Below, piece by piece: positions 39,020 to 52,253 of a stretch of DNA of 64,000 bases. A program made the translations under genes and the position numbers. Every line of letters starts with the position of its first letter. The first letter of the stretch is position 1. Source of the DNA: a bacterium (lineage in GTDB: Bacteria; UBA8248); contig OZ241326.1 of assembly GCA_965199855.1 (NCBI GenBank), positions 864,001-928,000 of the forward strand, written 5' to 3'. Under the pieces are notes generated by a model. It was not told the origin of the DNA and searched no databases. It saw only the letters and a program-made list of their open reading frames with translations.

Positions 39020-40209
39020 GGCGCCTGTCCCGTCTCCCTGGGCAGCCGCAGGGAGAGGAGGGAGCCGGCGGTGCCGAACGCCATGCAGACGGCGGGCAGC
39101 GCCCTCTCCACGCCGATATGGTCGGCCAGGCCGCCCACGGCGATCATCCCGACGCTCGCGGCGAACCAGACCACGCCCAGCATGAAGCTGCTCACCAGGG
39201 CGGCGTGCCGGGGGGCGATTTCCTGCGCATACGTCACCGAAACCCCCATTTGCGCGTAGAAGGCGGCGCCCGAGAGCGTCACGAACAGCGTCCGCCAGGG
39301 GTCGTCGAACAGAAAGGCCATGCCCAGCGCCGGCGTGCCCAGGCAGATGGCCGCTATCGTCACCACCCGCCTGCCGAAGACGTCGGAGAGATGCCCGCCG
39401 TAGATGCCGCCCGCGGCCGCGGCGAACAGGAACAGGGTGATCGCCGTTCCGCCCGCGGCCAGCGAGCCGCCCTTGGCGATGACGTAGATGGGCAGGAACA
39501 CCTGCACGGTCATCGTCACCGTGGTGCGGCACAGGTTCACGAGCCACAGCAGGAAAAGCGGGCGGAACACGAACCCGAGCGTCCGCATCGTCCGCGCGAA
39601 GCCTTGCGGGGCGCCGCCTCCGTCCGCGCCCCTGACGGGCGGGGAGACGAAAAGCAGGGGCGCGCCGACGAGGATGCCGACGAGGCTGGCGTAGGGGATG
39701 GCGTCGATGCCCCAGCGCGTGACGATGAACGTGGCCATCCCCGCTCCCAGCCCCACGCCCAGGCGTCCGCCCGCGACGTAGAGCGACATGCCGAACCCTT
39801 TTCGCGCGCCCGAGGACTGCCCGGCGATGACCGAGGCCACCGGGTGATAGCAGGCCGAGCCCGAGCCCGCGACCAGCATGAGAAGCATGAGGAGCCAGAA
39901 GTTCGGCATGTAGAGCATGAACGCGAGGAGGGCGCCTCCCAGCGGGCCGAGCGCCAGAAGCCACCCTTTCCTGAGCCTGTCCGCGAAGTAGCCGAAGAGG
40001 GGCTGGCCCACGGCGCCGGTGACGGAAAGCGTGGTGGCGAGAAGCCCCGCCAGGCTCAGGGGCAGGTCCATGCGCTGGACGATGAGGGGAAGCAGCGGCG
40101 GGAGAAAGCCGAAATAGCTGTCGTTCGCGACGTGGGAGACGATGAGCAGGGAGATTCTTCTTTTCTTCAGGCGTTCCGGCGCCGCGCCGGCCGCGGCCGC
40201 ATCGCTCAA
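39016..40209 (-). CDS. MFS transporter (Fsr-like)
   Basis: H..ND, QPLFGYFADR, YHP, G.LSD.FGRR; about 12 TM helices. Confidence 0.9.
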   Translation of the reverse strand: MSDAAAAGAAPERLKKRRISLLIVSHVANDSYFGFLPPLLPLIVQRMDLPLSLAGLLATTLSVTGAVGQPLFGYFADRLRKGWLLALGPLGGALLAFMLYMPNFWLLMLLMLVAGSGSACYHPVASVIAGQSSGARKGFGMSLYVAGGRLGVGLGAGMATFIVTRWGIDAIPYASLVGILVGAPLLFVSPPVRGADGGGAPQGFARTMRTLGFVFRPLFLLWLVNLCRTTVTMTVQVFLPIYVIAKGGSLAAGGTAITLFLFAAAAGGIYGGHLSDVFGRRVVTIAAICLGTPALGMAFLFDDPWRTLFVTLSGAAFYAQMGVSVTYAQEIAPRHAALVSSFMLGVVWFAASVGMIAVGGLADHIGVERALPAVCMAFGTAGSLLSLRLPRETGQAP

Positions 40210-40270
40210 GACGTTCTCCGAAAAGACGAATGCTCCGGCGGGTCCGCGCGAGGCGGGCGCGGAGGCGCCC

Positions 40271-42916
<2,646 letters not shown>

Positions 42917-42982
42917 GCGGGATTTCTCCAAATGGCGCCCCGCGCTCCCCGGAATTCCGGGCGGGACGAAGCGGGAGCCGCC

Positions 42983-44614
42983 TCAGACGAAGGCGCTTTC
43001 CCGATGCAGGCCGAACGCCTCGCGCAGGGCGTCCGCGATTTCCCCGACCGTGGCCTTCGCCTTCACCGCCGCGACGATGTAGGGCACGAGGTTCTCCGGC
43101 CCCCGGGCCGCCCCCCGCAGGGATTCCAGCGCCTCGCTCGCGCGGGCGGCGTCCCGTCTTCTTCTGAGCGAGGCGACGCGCTCCTTCTGCTCCGCCTCGA
43201 CCTCCGGGCGAATCCGGAGCGTCGAGACGCGCGGCTCCTCTTCCCTTTGATGGCGGTTCACGCCGACGACGGCCACCTCCCCCGCGTCCACGAGGCGCTG
43301 GTAGGCGTAGGCGCTCTCCTGAATCCGGCGCTGCGCCCATCCGCTCTCGATGGCGCGGAGCATCCCTCCCATGTCGTCGATCTCGCGAATCATATCCTCC
43401 GCCCGGGAGGCGACCTCGGAGGTGAGCGCCTCGATGGCGTAGGCGCCGCCGCAGGGGTCCGCCACGCTCGCCGCGTTCGACTCCTCGGCCAGTATCTGCT
43501 GGGTTCTGAGCGCGAGCCGCGCCGCCTCCTCCGTGGGCAGGGAGAGGGCCTCGTCCATGGAATTCGTGTGAAGCGACTGCGCGCCCCCCAGCACGGCGGC
43601 CATCGCCTGAAGCGCGACGCGGACGACGTTGTTCCTCGGCTGCTGGGCGGTCAGCGCGCTGCCGGCCGTCTGGGCGTGGAACCGCAGCGCGCAGGCCTTC
43701 CCGGAGCGCGCCCCGAACCGCTCGCGCATGATTCGCGCCCAAAGCCTTCGCGCGGCGCGGAACTTGGCGATCTCCTCCAGAAAATGATTGTGCACGTTGA
43801 AGAAGAAGGAGATTTGCGAGCCGATTTCATCCACGTTCATGCCGGCGTCCACGACGGCCTGCACGTAGGCGACGGCGTTCGCGAGCGTGAAGGCGACCTC
43901 CTGGACGGCCGTGGCCCCCGCCTCCCGGATGTGGTAGCCGCTGATGGATATGGCGTTCCACTTCGGCGCCCTCTCCCTGCAGAACGCTATGGCGTCGGTG
44001 ATGAGGCGCAGGCTCGGCCCCGGCGGGTAGATGTAGGTTCCGCGCGAGATGTATTCCTTCAGGATGTCGTTCTGGATGGTTCCCCGGAGCGCCTCGGAGG
44101 GGACGCCGCGCCTCTCGGCCGCCGCGACGTAAAGCGCCAGCAGGATGGCGGCGGTGGCGTTGATGGTCATCGACGTGGAGATTTTGTCGAGGGGGACGCC
44201 CTCCAGCAGAACCTCCATGTCCTCGATGGAGGCGATGGACACCCCCACGCGGCCCACCTCGCCGCTCACGAGAGGGTGATCCGGGTCGTAGCCGATCTGG
44301 GTGGGCAGATCGAACGCCACGGAAATGCCCATCTGCCCCTGCTCGAGGAGGTAGCGGTAGCGCTCGTTGCTCTCCCTCGCGCTGCCGAAGCCGGCGTATT
44401 GACGCATCGTCCAGAGCCTGCCGCGATACATGCTCTCGTAGATGCCGCGCGTGTAGGGATATTCGCCCGGCCTCTCGTCGAGACACCCCGAATCCGCATC
44501 GCCGGGGCCGAAGAACGCGGGCAGGGGGATGCCCGAGAGGGTGGCTCTGCCTCCCTCCTCCTCCGCGTCCTCGCGCCAGGCGCTCCGCGCCGCGGCGATG
44601 CTCGGCTCGCCCAT
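42983..44614 (-). CDS. Methylmalonyl-CoA mutase, substrate-binding (large) subunit of split enzyme
   Basis: [46 protein letters not shown]; no DxHxxG B12 domain. Confidence 0.9.
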   Translation of the reverse strand: MGEPSIAAARSAWREDAEEEGGRATLSGIPLPAFFGPGDADSGCLDERPGEYPYTRGIYESMYRGRLWTMRQYAGFGSARESNERYRYLLEQGQMGISVAFDLPTQIGYDPDHPLVSGEVGRVGVSIASIEDMEVLLEGVPLDKISTSMTINATAAILLALYVAAAERRGVPSEALRGTIQNDILKEYISRGTYIYPPGPSLRLITDAIAFCRERAPKWNAISISGYHIREAGATAVQEVAFTLANAVAYVQAVVDAGMNVDEIGSQISFFFNVHNHFLEEIAKFRAARRLWARIMRERFGARSGKACALRFHAQTAGSALTAQQPRNNVVRVALQAMAAVLGGAQSLHTNSMDEALSLPTEEAARLALRTQQILAEESNAASVADPCGGAYAIEALTSEVASRAEDMIREIDDMGGMLRAIESGWAQRRIQESAYAYQRLVDAGEVAVVGVNRHQREEEPRVSTLRIRPEVEAEQKERVASLRRRRDAARASEALESLRGAARGPENLVPYIVAAVKAKATVGEIADALREAFGLHRESAFV

Positions 44615-45130
44615 CGTGAGAGTCTCCGCAGGAACGAACGATTCCCTTGTTTCCGGTCGGGCCAAAATACCACACTCGCCCCCCATCAGACCAGTCCGAG
44701 GGGGGCTTCCGGCGCCTGGCGATTCAGACGAATTTCTTGCAAATTCCGACAAATTCACGGCCTTTTTCCTGCAAATACGCAGCTATTTCCCGTCCTTTTT
44801 CCACCCTTTTGACGACCCCGCCCGGTTTCCGAATCATCTTGTTCTCCTCTTCACTTTTCCCGTCCCGGCGCGCCTCTTTTCTCGCCCCGCGCGTCTCTTC
44901 ACGCATCCGCAATATAACCCTTCCGCGCCGCCCCTCCACGGCGCAAATGCGGGCTGATGCGGGCAAATGCGCGCGAGGCTCCACTTTCACGGCGCGATCC
45001 TCGGAAAAACGCCCGCTTCCCGGTCGAAGGCGCGGCCCGCAGGCGCGCCTCGGGAGCCGCCCGGGCGCCCCTTCTCCTCCGCAACGCTTCAAGAGTTCAC
45101 AAATCAAGCCGTTCGGGATACGCTTTTCAC

Positions 45131-45736
45131 ATGGCCGCCTATCGCTTGCCCCTGTTTCCGCTCCGGGTCGTGCTCTTTCCCGAACAGCGCCTGCCCCTGC
45201 ATATCTTCGAGGAGCGCTACAAGATCATGATTGGCGAGCGCATGGAGGAGAACGTGCCCTTCGGGATCGTCTTGGCGGAGAAAAGCGGCATCCACAAAGT
45301 CGGCTGCGCGGCCCGCGTCATCCAGCTGCTCGAAAAATTCCCCGACGGCCGGATGAACATCCTGACCCGGGGCGAGCGGCGCTTCGAGCTCTTTCGCACC
45401 TACGACTCCCGCCCCTGCCTGGAGGGAGAGGCGGGCGACGTCCATGACGAGGCGGAAGACGCCGGGGCGCTGTGCCGAAGCGTATGGGACGCCCTCAAAA
45501 AGCGGGGGCCGGCGCTTCCGGGCTTGCCAGAAGAATGGCGAAGCGATCCGTTTCGCCTCTCCTTCGCTCTCGCCGAGGCCCTGAGACTTTCCCTTCCGGA
45601 GAAGCAGGCCTTCCTCGAGTCGCGCTCGCCCAGATGGCGCCTGAAGCGGCTGCTGGAAATCCTTGAAAATCAAAAGACGCGGGCGTCCGCGCTGAACGCC
45701 TACGAAAAGACCGCCCACCGAAACGGCCGCCCCTGA
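45131..45736 (+). CDS. LON peptidase substrate-binding domain protein
   Basis: LPLFPL..VLFP...LPLHIFEERY, VGC.A, DGR.NI. Confidence 0.88.
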   Translation: MAAYRLPLFPLRVVLFPEQRLPLHIFEERYKIMIGERMEENVPFGIVLAEKSGIHKVGCAARVIQLLEKFPDGRMNILTRGERRFELFRTYDSRPCLEGEAGDVHDEAEDAGALCRSVWDALKKRGPALPGLPEEWRSDPFRLSFALAEALRLSLPEKQAFLESRSPRWRLKRLLEILENQKTRASALNAYEKTAHRNGRP

Positions 45737-45766
45737 CGGCCGGCGTCGGGGCGGAGCGCAGCGGCC

Positions 45767-46561
45767 TCAAGCGCCGCCGCCGTCGCCCTCGCAAATCCGG
45801 ACGCGCTCGATGGAGAGCGCCCTTCCGGCGTCCGGCTCCATCTCGACGAGCGCGCCGTCGAGCTGCCCTTCTCCTCCGGCGACCTCGAAGCGGCGCGGAA
45901 GCCCGGACAAGAACCTGTCCACAACGATCTCCGTCTTCATGCCGATGACGGAGTTGCGGGGCCCCGTCATCCCTGCGTCCGTGATGAAGGCGGTTCCCCT
46001 GGGCAATACCCGCTCATCCGCCGTCTGGATGTGGGTGTGCGTCCCCAAAACGGCGCTCACGCGGCCGTCGAGGTGCCAGCCCATCGCCACCTTCTCGCTC
46101 GTGGCCTCCGCGTGAAAGTCAACCATGATCATCTTCGTCTCACGCCTCATGCTTCCCAGGATTTCGTCGGCTTCCCGGAAGGGGCACTCGGCGGGCGGCA
46201 TGAAGACGCGGCCCATGAGGTTCACGACGCCCAGGCGCCCCTTTTCGCATTCCAGAATGAAGGCGCCCTTGCCCGGCGTTTTCGGGGGGTAGTTCGCGGG
46301 CCTGAGCAGGCGGGGTTCGCGCAGGATGAAATCCGCGGTTTCCTTGCGGCGCCAGATGTGATTCCCCGACGTGATGACGTCCGCGCCCGCGTCGAGGAGC
46401 TCGTCGACGTGCGCGTTGCTGATCCCGAAGCCGCTCGTCGCGTTCTCCCCGTTGATGACGCACACGTCCGCCCCGCGCTCCTCCCGGAGGGCGCGGAGAT
46501 GGGCGGAAACCATGCGCCGGCCCACTTTTCCGTTGACGTCTCCGACGAAAAGGAGCCTCAA
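45767..46561 (-). CDS. ymdB: YmdB/TIGR00282 metallophosphoesterase
   Basis: FVGDVNG, NGEN, TSGNH, DFHAEATSEK, GTHTH, TDAGMTG; downstream of rny. Confidence 0.92.
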   Translation of the reverse strand: MRLLFVGDVNGKVGRRMVSAHLRALREERGADVCVINGENATSGFGISNAHVDELLDAGADVITSGNHIWRRKETADFILREPRLLRPANYPPKTPGKGAFILECEKGRLGVVNLMGRVFMPPAECPFREADEILGSMRRETKMIMVDFHAEATSEKVAMGWHLDGRVSAVLGTHTHIQTADERVLPRGTAFITDAGMTGPRNSVIGMKTEIVVDRFLSGLPRRFEVAGGEGQLDGALVEMEPDAGRALSIERVRICEGDGGGA

Positions 46562-46568
46562 GGCGGCC

Positions 46569-48152
46569 TCAGCGCGCGGTGGCCGTATGGCGGGTTTCGC
46601 GGATGACGGTGACGAGGATTTCCCCCGGATAGGTGCGCTCGCTCTCGATCCGCTTGGCGATGTCCCGCGCGAGGAAGGTCGCCTGCGAATCGGTGATCTC
46701 ATCGGGCAGGACGGACACGCGAATCTCGCGGCCCGCCTGGATGGCGAAGCACTTCTCCACGCCCCTGAAGGACTCGGCGATCTTCTCCAGCGCCTCGAGG
46801 CGCTTGATGTAGCTTTCCACCATCTCGCGCCTCGCGCCCGGCCGGGCGGCGGAGAGCGTGTCGGCCGCCTTCACCAGGACGGATTCGATGCAGTTCGCCT
46901 CCTCGTCCTCGTGGTGGGAGACAATCGCGTTGAGCACCTCAGGCGGCTCGTTGTAGCGCTTGGCGATATCGTAGCCTATCTGCACGTGGGAGCCCTCGAC
47001 CTCGTGCGTCGCCGCCTTGCCGATGTCGTGGAACAAGCCGGCGCGCCTGGCCATCGCGGGGTCTATTTTCAATTCATCCGCCAGCATTCCGGCGAGATAG
47101 GCCACCTCCTTCGAGTGCATCAGCGCGTTCTGGCTGTAGCTCGTGCGGTATTTGAGGCGCCCCAGAAGCTTGACGAGTTCGGGGTGCGCGTCGCCGATCC
47201 CCAGCTCCGCGACGGCCTCCTCGCCCGCCCGGCGTATCTGCCCGTCGATGTCCTTCTTCGTCTTGTTGACGATGTCCTCGATGCGGCCCGGGTGGATTCT
47301 CCCGTCCTGCACCAGCGCCTCGAGCGCGAGGCGCGCCGTCTCGCGGCGAATCTTGTCGAAGCCGGAGACGACGACGGCCTCCGGCGTGTCGTCGATGATC
47401 ACGTCCACGCCGGTCGCCATCTCCAGGGCGCGGATGTTTCTGCCTTCGCGCCCGATGATGCGGCCCTTCATCTCATCGGTCGGCAAATCCACCACGCTCA
47501 CCAGATTTTCCGCCACGTGCTCGGAGGAGAAGCGCTCCACGGCGAGGGCGAGCGCCTTTCTCGCCTCGGAGTCCACGGAATTTCTCGCCTGCCGCTCGAT
47601 GCGCCGCACCTCGGCGGCTATATCCTGCTTCGCCTCCTCCATGAAGCGATCCATCAGCTCCTTTTTGGCGTTCTCGGCGCTCAGACCGGAGATTTCCTCA
47701 AGCTTTCTGACTTCCTCCTCCTGCAGCTCTTTGTACCGCGCCTGCTCGCGCCTCAGCTCCTGCTCCCTCTCGCCCAGTTCGGCGGCGCGGCGCTCGACGG
47801 CCGCCTCCTTGGCGTCCATGCTCTCGCGGCGCCTCTCCAGCGTCTCTTCGCGCTGGTTCACCCTTTGCTCGAGCTTCTGAATCTCCTCCACGCGGGCCTC
47901 GTTCTCCCGCTGAATGCGCTCCCTCTCCTGGAGCAGCTCCGCCTTGTGCGCCACCTCCGATTCCTGAATCTTCCGCGAGAGCTCCTTCGAGGCGCTCTCC
48001 TCGGCCTGGCGAATCCGCTCGCCGGAATCCGCCTCCCGCCGGGCGATCTCCCCGTCATGCCGGCGCCGCATCGCCCGCATGACGAAGAGCAGAGCCGCGC
48101 AAGCGGCGGCAACGGCGACAACGATGATCCGCAACAACGCCACGTTATCCAT
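46569..48152 (-). CDS. rny: Ribonuclease Y
   Basis: N-terminal TM, coiled coil, KH ([13 protein letters not shown]), HD domain (HDIGK), SAARPGAR. Confidence 0.97.
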   Translation of the reverse strand: MDNVALLRIIVVAVAAACAALLFVMRAMRRRHDGEIARREADSGERIRQAEESASKELSRKIQESEVAHKAELLQERERIQRENEARVEEIQKLEQRVNQREETLERRRESMDAKEAAVERRAAELGEREQELRREQARYKELQEEEVRKLEEISGLSAENAKKELMDRFMEEAKQDIAAEVRRIERQARNSVDSEARKALALAVERFSSEHVAENLVSVVDLPTDEMKGRIIGREGRNIRALEMATGVDVIIDDTPEAVVVSGFDKIRRETARLALEALVQDGRIHPGRIEDIVNKTKKDIDGQIRRAGEEAVAELGIGDAHPELVKLLGRLKYRTSYSQNALMHSKEVAYLAGMLADELKIDPAMARRAGLFHDIGKAATHEVEGSHVQIGYDIAKRYNEPPEVLNAIVSHHEDEEANCIESVLVKAADTLSAARPGARREMVESYIKRLEALEKIAESFRGVEKCFAIQAGREIRVSVLPDEITDSQATFLARDIAKRIESERTYPGEILVTVIRETRHTATAR

Positions 48153-48161
48153 GTTCGCCTC

Positions 48162-48779
48162 CTAGGGCATATATTCACGTGGAAGGCGCCGCAGCGCCTC
48201 CCTGTCGGTTATCACCCAATCGACATCGACGTCCCAGGCGTCCCGCTCCCAGGATTCGCCGGCGAGCAGCTGAAACGCATAGCAGACGCCCAGCAACAGG
48301 GGCCCGGAGTCGCGCGGAGCGCCGCCCCGCCGACCGAGCGCGCGGTCGTAGAATCCGCCGCCGCCGCCCAGCCGACCCCCGCGGGCGTCGAACGCAAGGC
48401 CGGGGACGACGACTGCGTCCAGTTCACGCGTGTCCAAGGCGGGAATATCGGGGAGGGGCTCCGGAATCCCGAACGCGCCGGGCCGCAACTCCGCATCGGG
48501 ATGATTCACCAGGCAGAAGCGCAAGGCGTCTTCTTCCACTCTGGGGAAGTAGTATCTTCTTCGGACGCCGCTTCCTTCGTTCCAGAGCGGCGAGAGATCC
48601 GCCTCGCCGCGAACCGCCGAGTACACCCCCATCCTGCGGACGCCCATGAAGCGCAAAAGCGCCTCCAGGCGCCGCCCCGCCGACCGGCTCCGCCTGCCGG
48701 CCTCGGCGGGAGAGAGACCCGCCCTCATCTCCTCCATTCTCAGCCGAACGGCCCGCTTTCCGCCGCCTGATCCGGCCAT
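48162..48779 (-). CDS. ygfA: 5-formyltetrahydrofolate cyclo-ligase
   Basis: FGIPEP, VVPGLAFD..G.RLG.GGGFYDR, WD..VD. Confidence 0.9.
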   Translation of the reverse strand: MAGSGGGKRAVRLRMEEMRAGLSPAEAGRRSRSAGRRLEALLRFMGVRRMGVYSAVRGEADLSPLWNEGSGVRRRYYFPRVEEDALRFCLVNHPDAELRPGAFGIPEPLPDIPALDTRELDAVVVPGLAFDARGGRLGGGGGFYDRALGRRGGAPRDSGPLLLGVCYAFQLLAGESWERDAWDVDVDWVITDREALRRLPREYMP

Positions 48780-48867
48780 GAGTCCGCTTTCATCGCCGCG
48801 GCCGAGCCTCAGCCGCCCGGCGAGCGAAAATCCCGGGCGCGCCCGGAGAGCCCGCCCGAATGATGAC

Positions 48868-49045
48868 CCCGCCCCTGTGCCGTGTGAGGTTCGCTTTGAA
48901 CCCAGCTTTCGCCAGGTGGGCGTCCAGATCCCCAGCTTTAGGCCCGACTCCCCGAGAGGAGGCGCTCACCACCGGGGAGAAGAACTCCCGTCAAAGTAGT
49001 ACTGGGTCAAGATGCTTTCCCCCATCACGAACACGGCAGGGCCAA
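48868..49045 (-). ncRNA. ssrS: 6S RNA
   Basis: Between zapA and ygfA (conserved synteny); closing stem CCCTGCCGTGT / ACACGGCACAGGG, TTGACCCAG / CTGGGTTCAA stem, central bubble; ends approximate. Confidence 0.85.
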
Positions 49046-49121
49046 AGCAAAACCGCACTATGCCACCAAAGCCGGAGGATTGATACCGGGGGGAAGCTGC
49101 CGCGTGGAGAGAGATTTCGGC

Positions 49122-49400
49122 TCAGCCCGCTCGTTTCACCAGGTCCAGGAGGGAGTCGGCGCGCTGCGAGAGGGCCTCTTCGCTCTCTTCCTTCGCCTTC
49201 TTCTCCTCGAACAATTCGTTGGCGATGTTCATCGACGCGAGCAGAACGATCTTGATCGGATCGTTCGACTGGCGCGAGACCTTGTGAATCTGGCTGTCCA
49301 CGTATTCGGCGAGCTGCGAAGTATATTCGGGATTGGCCGAACTTCTCAGGTTCAGGGCCTGTCCAAAAATCTCCACAACGAGCTTGTTGCCCCCGGCCAT
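49122..49400 (-). CDS. zapA: Cell division protein ZapA
   Basis: VEIFGQ, LAEYVD, LASMNIANELF. Confidence 0.88.
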   Translation of the reverse strand: MAGGNKLVVEIFGQALNLRSSANPEYTSQLAEYVDSQIHKVSRQSNDPIKIVLLASMNIANELFEEKKAKEESEEALSQRADSLLDLVKRAG

Positions 49401-49453
49401 AAGCCGCCTCCTCACGCCGTCTTATGCCGTTCTCGTCCCCACCGCATCACAAG

Positions 49454-49708
49454 TTACTCGATATGGCTTAAAATCTTCTCCACCCGCTCCCGAACCTCGG
49501 CCTGCTCCTGCTGGAGCCGTTCGTTCTCCGCCCGGAGCTTCGCCAGCTCGTCCGCCTGGGCGCGCGCGGATTCCGAATCGGTGCGCGCCTCCTCCCTCGC
49601 CCTATCGAGCTGCGACTCCAGCTCCACCCGGGAACCCTTCAGCCTGTTGAGCTCCTCCAGCATGTTCGCGAGCGCGGCTTCGAGCGCATCCAGCTTTTCC
49701 ATGACCAT
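49454..49708 (-). CDS. zapB: ZapB-like coiled-coil protein
   Basis: All coiled coil ending VRERVEKIL; between pheT and zapA. Confidence 0.65.
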   Translation of the reverse strand: MVMEKLDALEAALANMLEELNRLKGSRVELESQLDRAREEARTDSESARAQADELAKLRAENERLQQEQAEVRERVEKILSHIE

Positions 49709-49808
49709 TCGACTGCTCTTCCCAAGGGCGAAAGAAAACCGGGAACGCGATTCACCAACGCATGCGCTTCATTTTAGATTCGCAAACAGGCGGTGTCAAG
49801 GAAACTCA

Positions 49809-52220
49809 TCACGACCGAAGGCGCGCGCCAAGGCGCTTCGCCAAACTTCCGAGAATCTCCTCGAACGCCTCGCCGACCTGCGCGTCGGTGAGCGTGGCTT
49901 CGGGATGGCGGAACACCAGCGAATACGCCAAGCTCTTCTCACCGGAGGCCCTGAGGGCGGAATCTTCATAGACGTCGAACAGCTCCACCGATTCGAGCCA
50001 CTCCCCGCCCGCCTGCCGTATGACCTCTTCCACCTGTCCGTTGGTTCGTCCGGCGTCCACCACCACCGCCAGATCGCGCAGGGAGGCCGGGTATTTCGGC
50101 AGGGGCGTCACGCGCGAAGACGCGGGCTCGATTTCAGCCAAAGCGTCGAGGCTGATCTCGAAGGCGAAGGCACCGGTCTCGATGTCCCGGACGCTCAGCG
50201 CCTCGGGCGAGGGCATCCCGATGTGGCCCAGCGCGGCGTCGCCGGCGAGAATCCGCGAAACCGCGGCCGAATCCCACCCCGGAGCGGCGTCCGCCGGCTC
50301 GAATCGGAGGAGCCGCATCCTGAGCGAAGAGAGGAAGCGCTCGAGGACTCCCTTGAGCTCGAACAGGGCCTCCGAATGCGGCGCGTCCTCATCAGGCGGC
50401 GCGCTCGCCGCGAGGAGGCCGGCCAGGCGCAGCGTCTGCTCCGGCAACGCCTCTCCTTCCAGAGGATGAAACGAGCGTCCCAGCTCGAACAGGCGAACCT
50501 CGCGCGCCCCGCGGCTCATGTTGCGCGCCGCGTTCGCCAGCAGGCCCGCCAGCAGGGTGGTTCTGAGCGCATCCATCTCGGCGCTGAGCGGATTGCGCAG
50601 CGCCACCATCTCCGCATCGCGCCACCCCATGCGCCGCAGGGCGTCCCCGCTGACGAAGCTGTAGTTCAGCGCCTCGCTGAATCCTCCGGCCAGCATCATC
50701 CGCCGCGCCCGCAGCTCGAGAGAGCGGACGCGCGTCGCCCCTGCAACGGGCCTTCCCGCCGCCGGCAGGGTGGAGGGAATGCTCTCGTAGCCCACCCGCC
50801 TGGCCACCTCCTCGATCAGGTCGATTTCGCGCTCGATGTCCGGCCGGAACGTCGGCACCTCGACGCCCAGGACGCCGGCGTCCTCCGCGCTCACGGACAG
50901 CCCCAGGGATTCGAGGCTCTCCCTCACCCGGGACGCATCAAGAGAGACGCCGAGCAGGCCGGACGCGCGCGCCACCCGAATCGGCACCCGCTTCGGCGCG
51001 ATGGGCGACGGATAGGCGTCGACCACCCCGGCGGCGATGACGCCGCCCGCCGTCCGCCGGATGAGTTCGGCGGCCGAATCCGCCGCGCGGACGACGCCCG
51101 AGGGGTCCACCCCGCGCTCGAAGCGGTAGGACGCCTCCGTGGACATGCCCAGACGCCTGCGCGTGCGCCGGATGGCGACAGGCGCGAAGTAGGCGCTCTC
51201 AAGAAGAATGTCCCGCGTATCCGCGCTCACCTCGGAATCGAGGCCGCCCATCACGCCGCCGATGGCGACGGGCTTCTCCGCGTCGCATATCATGAGATCC
51301 TCCTCGTCCATCCCACGCTCCTGGCCATCCAGCGTGGTGAAGGGACCGTCGTCCCCGGCCCATCTCCTCACGACGATTTTCCGCCCCGCCAGGCGGCGCA
51401 AATCGAAGGCGTGGAGCGGCTGCCCCAAGGAGAGCATCACGTAGTTCGTAACATCGACCACGTTGTTGATCGGCCGCATCCCCGCCGCCCGCAGACGCCG
51501 CCGCATCCATCCGGGGGAGGAACCGATCCGCGCGCCCCGGACGACGCGGGCGGCGTAGCGCGGGCACTTGTCCGCGTCCTGAATCTCGACCGCGCAGATC
51601 GAAGCCGCAGGCGCGTTTTCATCCTCTCGCGCGGCGATCTCCGGCGTCCGCAGCGGCGCGCCCAAAAGAGCCGCCGCCTCGCGCGCCACGCCCAGGACGG
51701 AGAGGCAGTCCGCCCGGTTCGGGGTAATCGAGATGTCGAAAACGACGTCGTTCAGACCCAGGAGCTCCGCCGCGTCGCCCCCGACGGCGGGCGCGCCGTC
51801 CAGCGCCATGACGCCGCCGTGCTCCGCCCCCAGGCCAAGTTCGCGCTCCGAGCAGATCATCCCCTCGCTCCGCTCGCCGCGAATCTCGGCGATTCCGATC
51901 TCCATCCCCCCCGGCATCCGCGCTCCGGGCTTCGCCAGGACGACGCGCAGGCCCGCCTCGACGTTGGGCGCGCCGCACACCACGGATCGCTCCCGCGCGC
52001 CGTCGGCGAGGCGGCAGACCTTCAGTCTTTCCGCGTTCGGGTGCGGCGCCACGGACAACACCTCGGCCACCACCAGTCTGTCGCAGGCCCGCTCTGGACG
52101 CTCGAGGGCCTCGACCTCGAGGCCCGCCAGCAAAAGCCCGTTCGCCAGGCGTTCGGGCAGCTCCGGGTCTTCCAGGTCGAGCTCGACGAAATCGGCGAGC
52201 CACTCCAGGCTAATCCGCAT
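49809..52220 (-). CDS. pheT: Phenylalanine--tRNA ligase beta subunit
   Basis: HPNA, VCGAPN, SEGMICS, TPNRADCLS, RFERGVD, DLIEEVAR, FDVY. Confidence 0.97.
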   Translation of the reverse strand: MRISLEWLADFVELDLEDPELPERLANGLLLAGLEVEALERPERACDRLVVAEVLSVAPHPNAERLKVCRLADGARERSVVCGAPNVEAGLRVVLAKPGARMPGGMEIGIAEIRGERSEGMICSERELGLGAEHGGVMALDGAPAVGGDAAELLGLNDVVFDISITPNRADCLSVLGVAREAAALLGAPLRTPEIAAREDENAPAASICAVEIQDADKCPRYAARVVRGARIGSSPGWMRRRLRAAGMRPINNVVDVTNYVMLSLGQPLHAFDLRRLAGRKIVVRRWAGDDGPFTTLDGQERGMDEEDLMICDAEKPVAIGGVMGGLDSEVSADTRDILLESAYFAPVAIRRTRRRLGMSTEASYRFERGVDPSGVVRAADSAAELIRRTAGGVIAAGVVDAYPSPIAPKRVPIRVARASGLLGVSLDASRVRESLESLGLSVSAEDAGVLGVEVPTFRPDIEREIDLIEEVARRVGYESIPSTLPAAGRPVAGATRVRSLELRARRMMLAGGFSEALNYSFVSGDALRRMGWRDAEMVALRNPLSAEMDALRTTLLAGLLANAARNMSRGAREVRLFELGRSFHPLEGEALPEQTLRLAGLLAASAPPDEDAPHSEALFELKGVLERFLSSLRMRLLRFEPADAAPGWDSAAVSRILAGDAALGHIGMPSPEALSVRDIETGAFAFEISLDALAEIEPASSRVTPLPKYPASLRDLAVVVDAGRTNGQVEEVIRQAGGEWLESVELFDVYEDSALRASGEKSLAYSLVFRHPEATLTDAQVGEAFEEILGSLAKRLGARLRS

Positions 52221-52253
52221 GGGGCTTCCTCATCGCGCGTCCGGCGCGGGACT

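Noticed and set aside
42983-44614. Acyl-CoA mutase of unusual specificity
   Set aside because: Retains the Tyr of RQYAG and the conserved Arg typical of methylmalonyl-CoA mutase; split subunits are well known.
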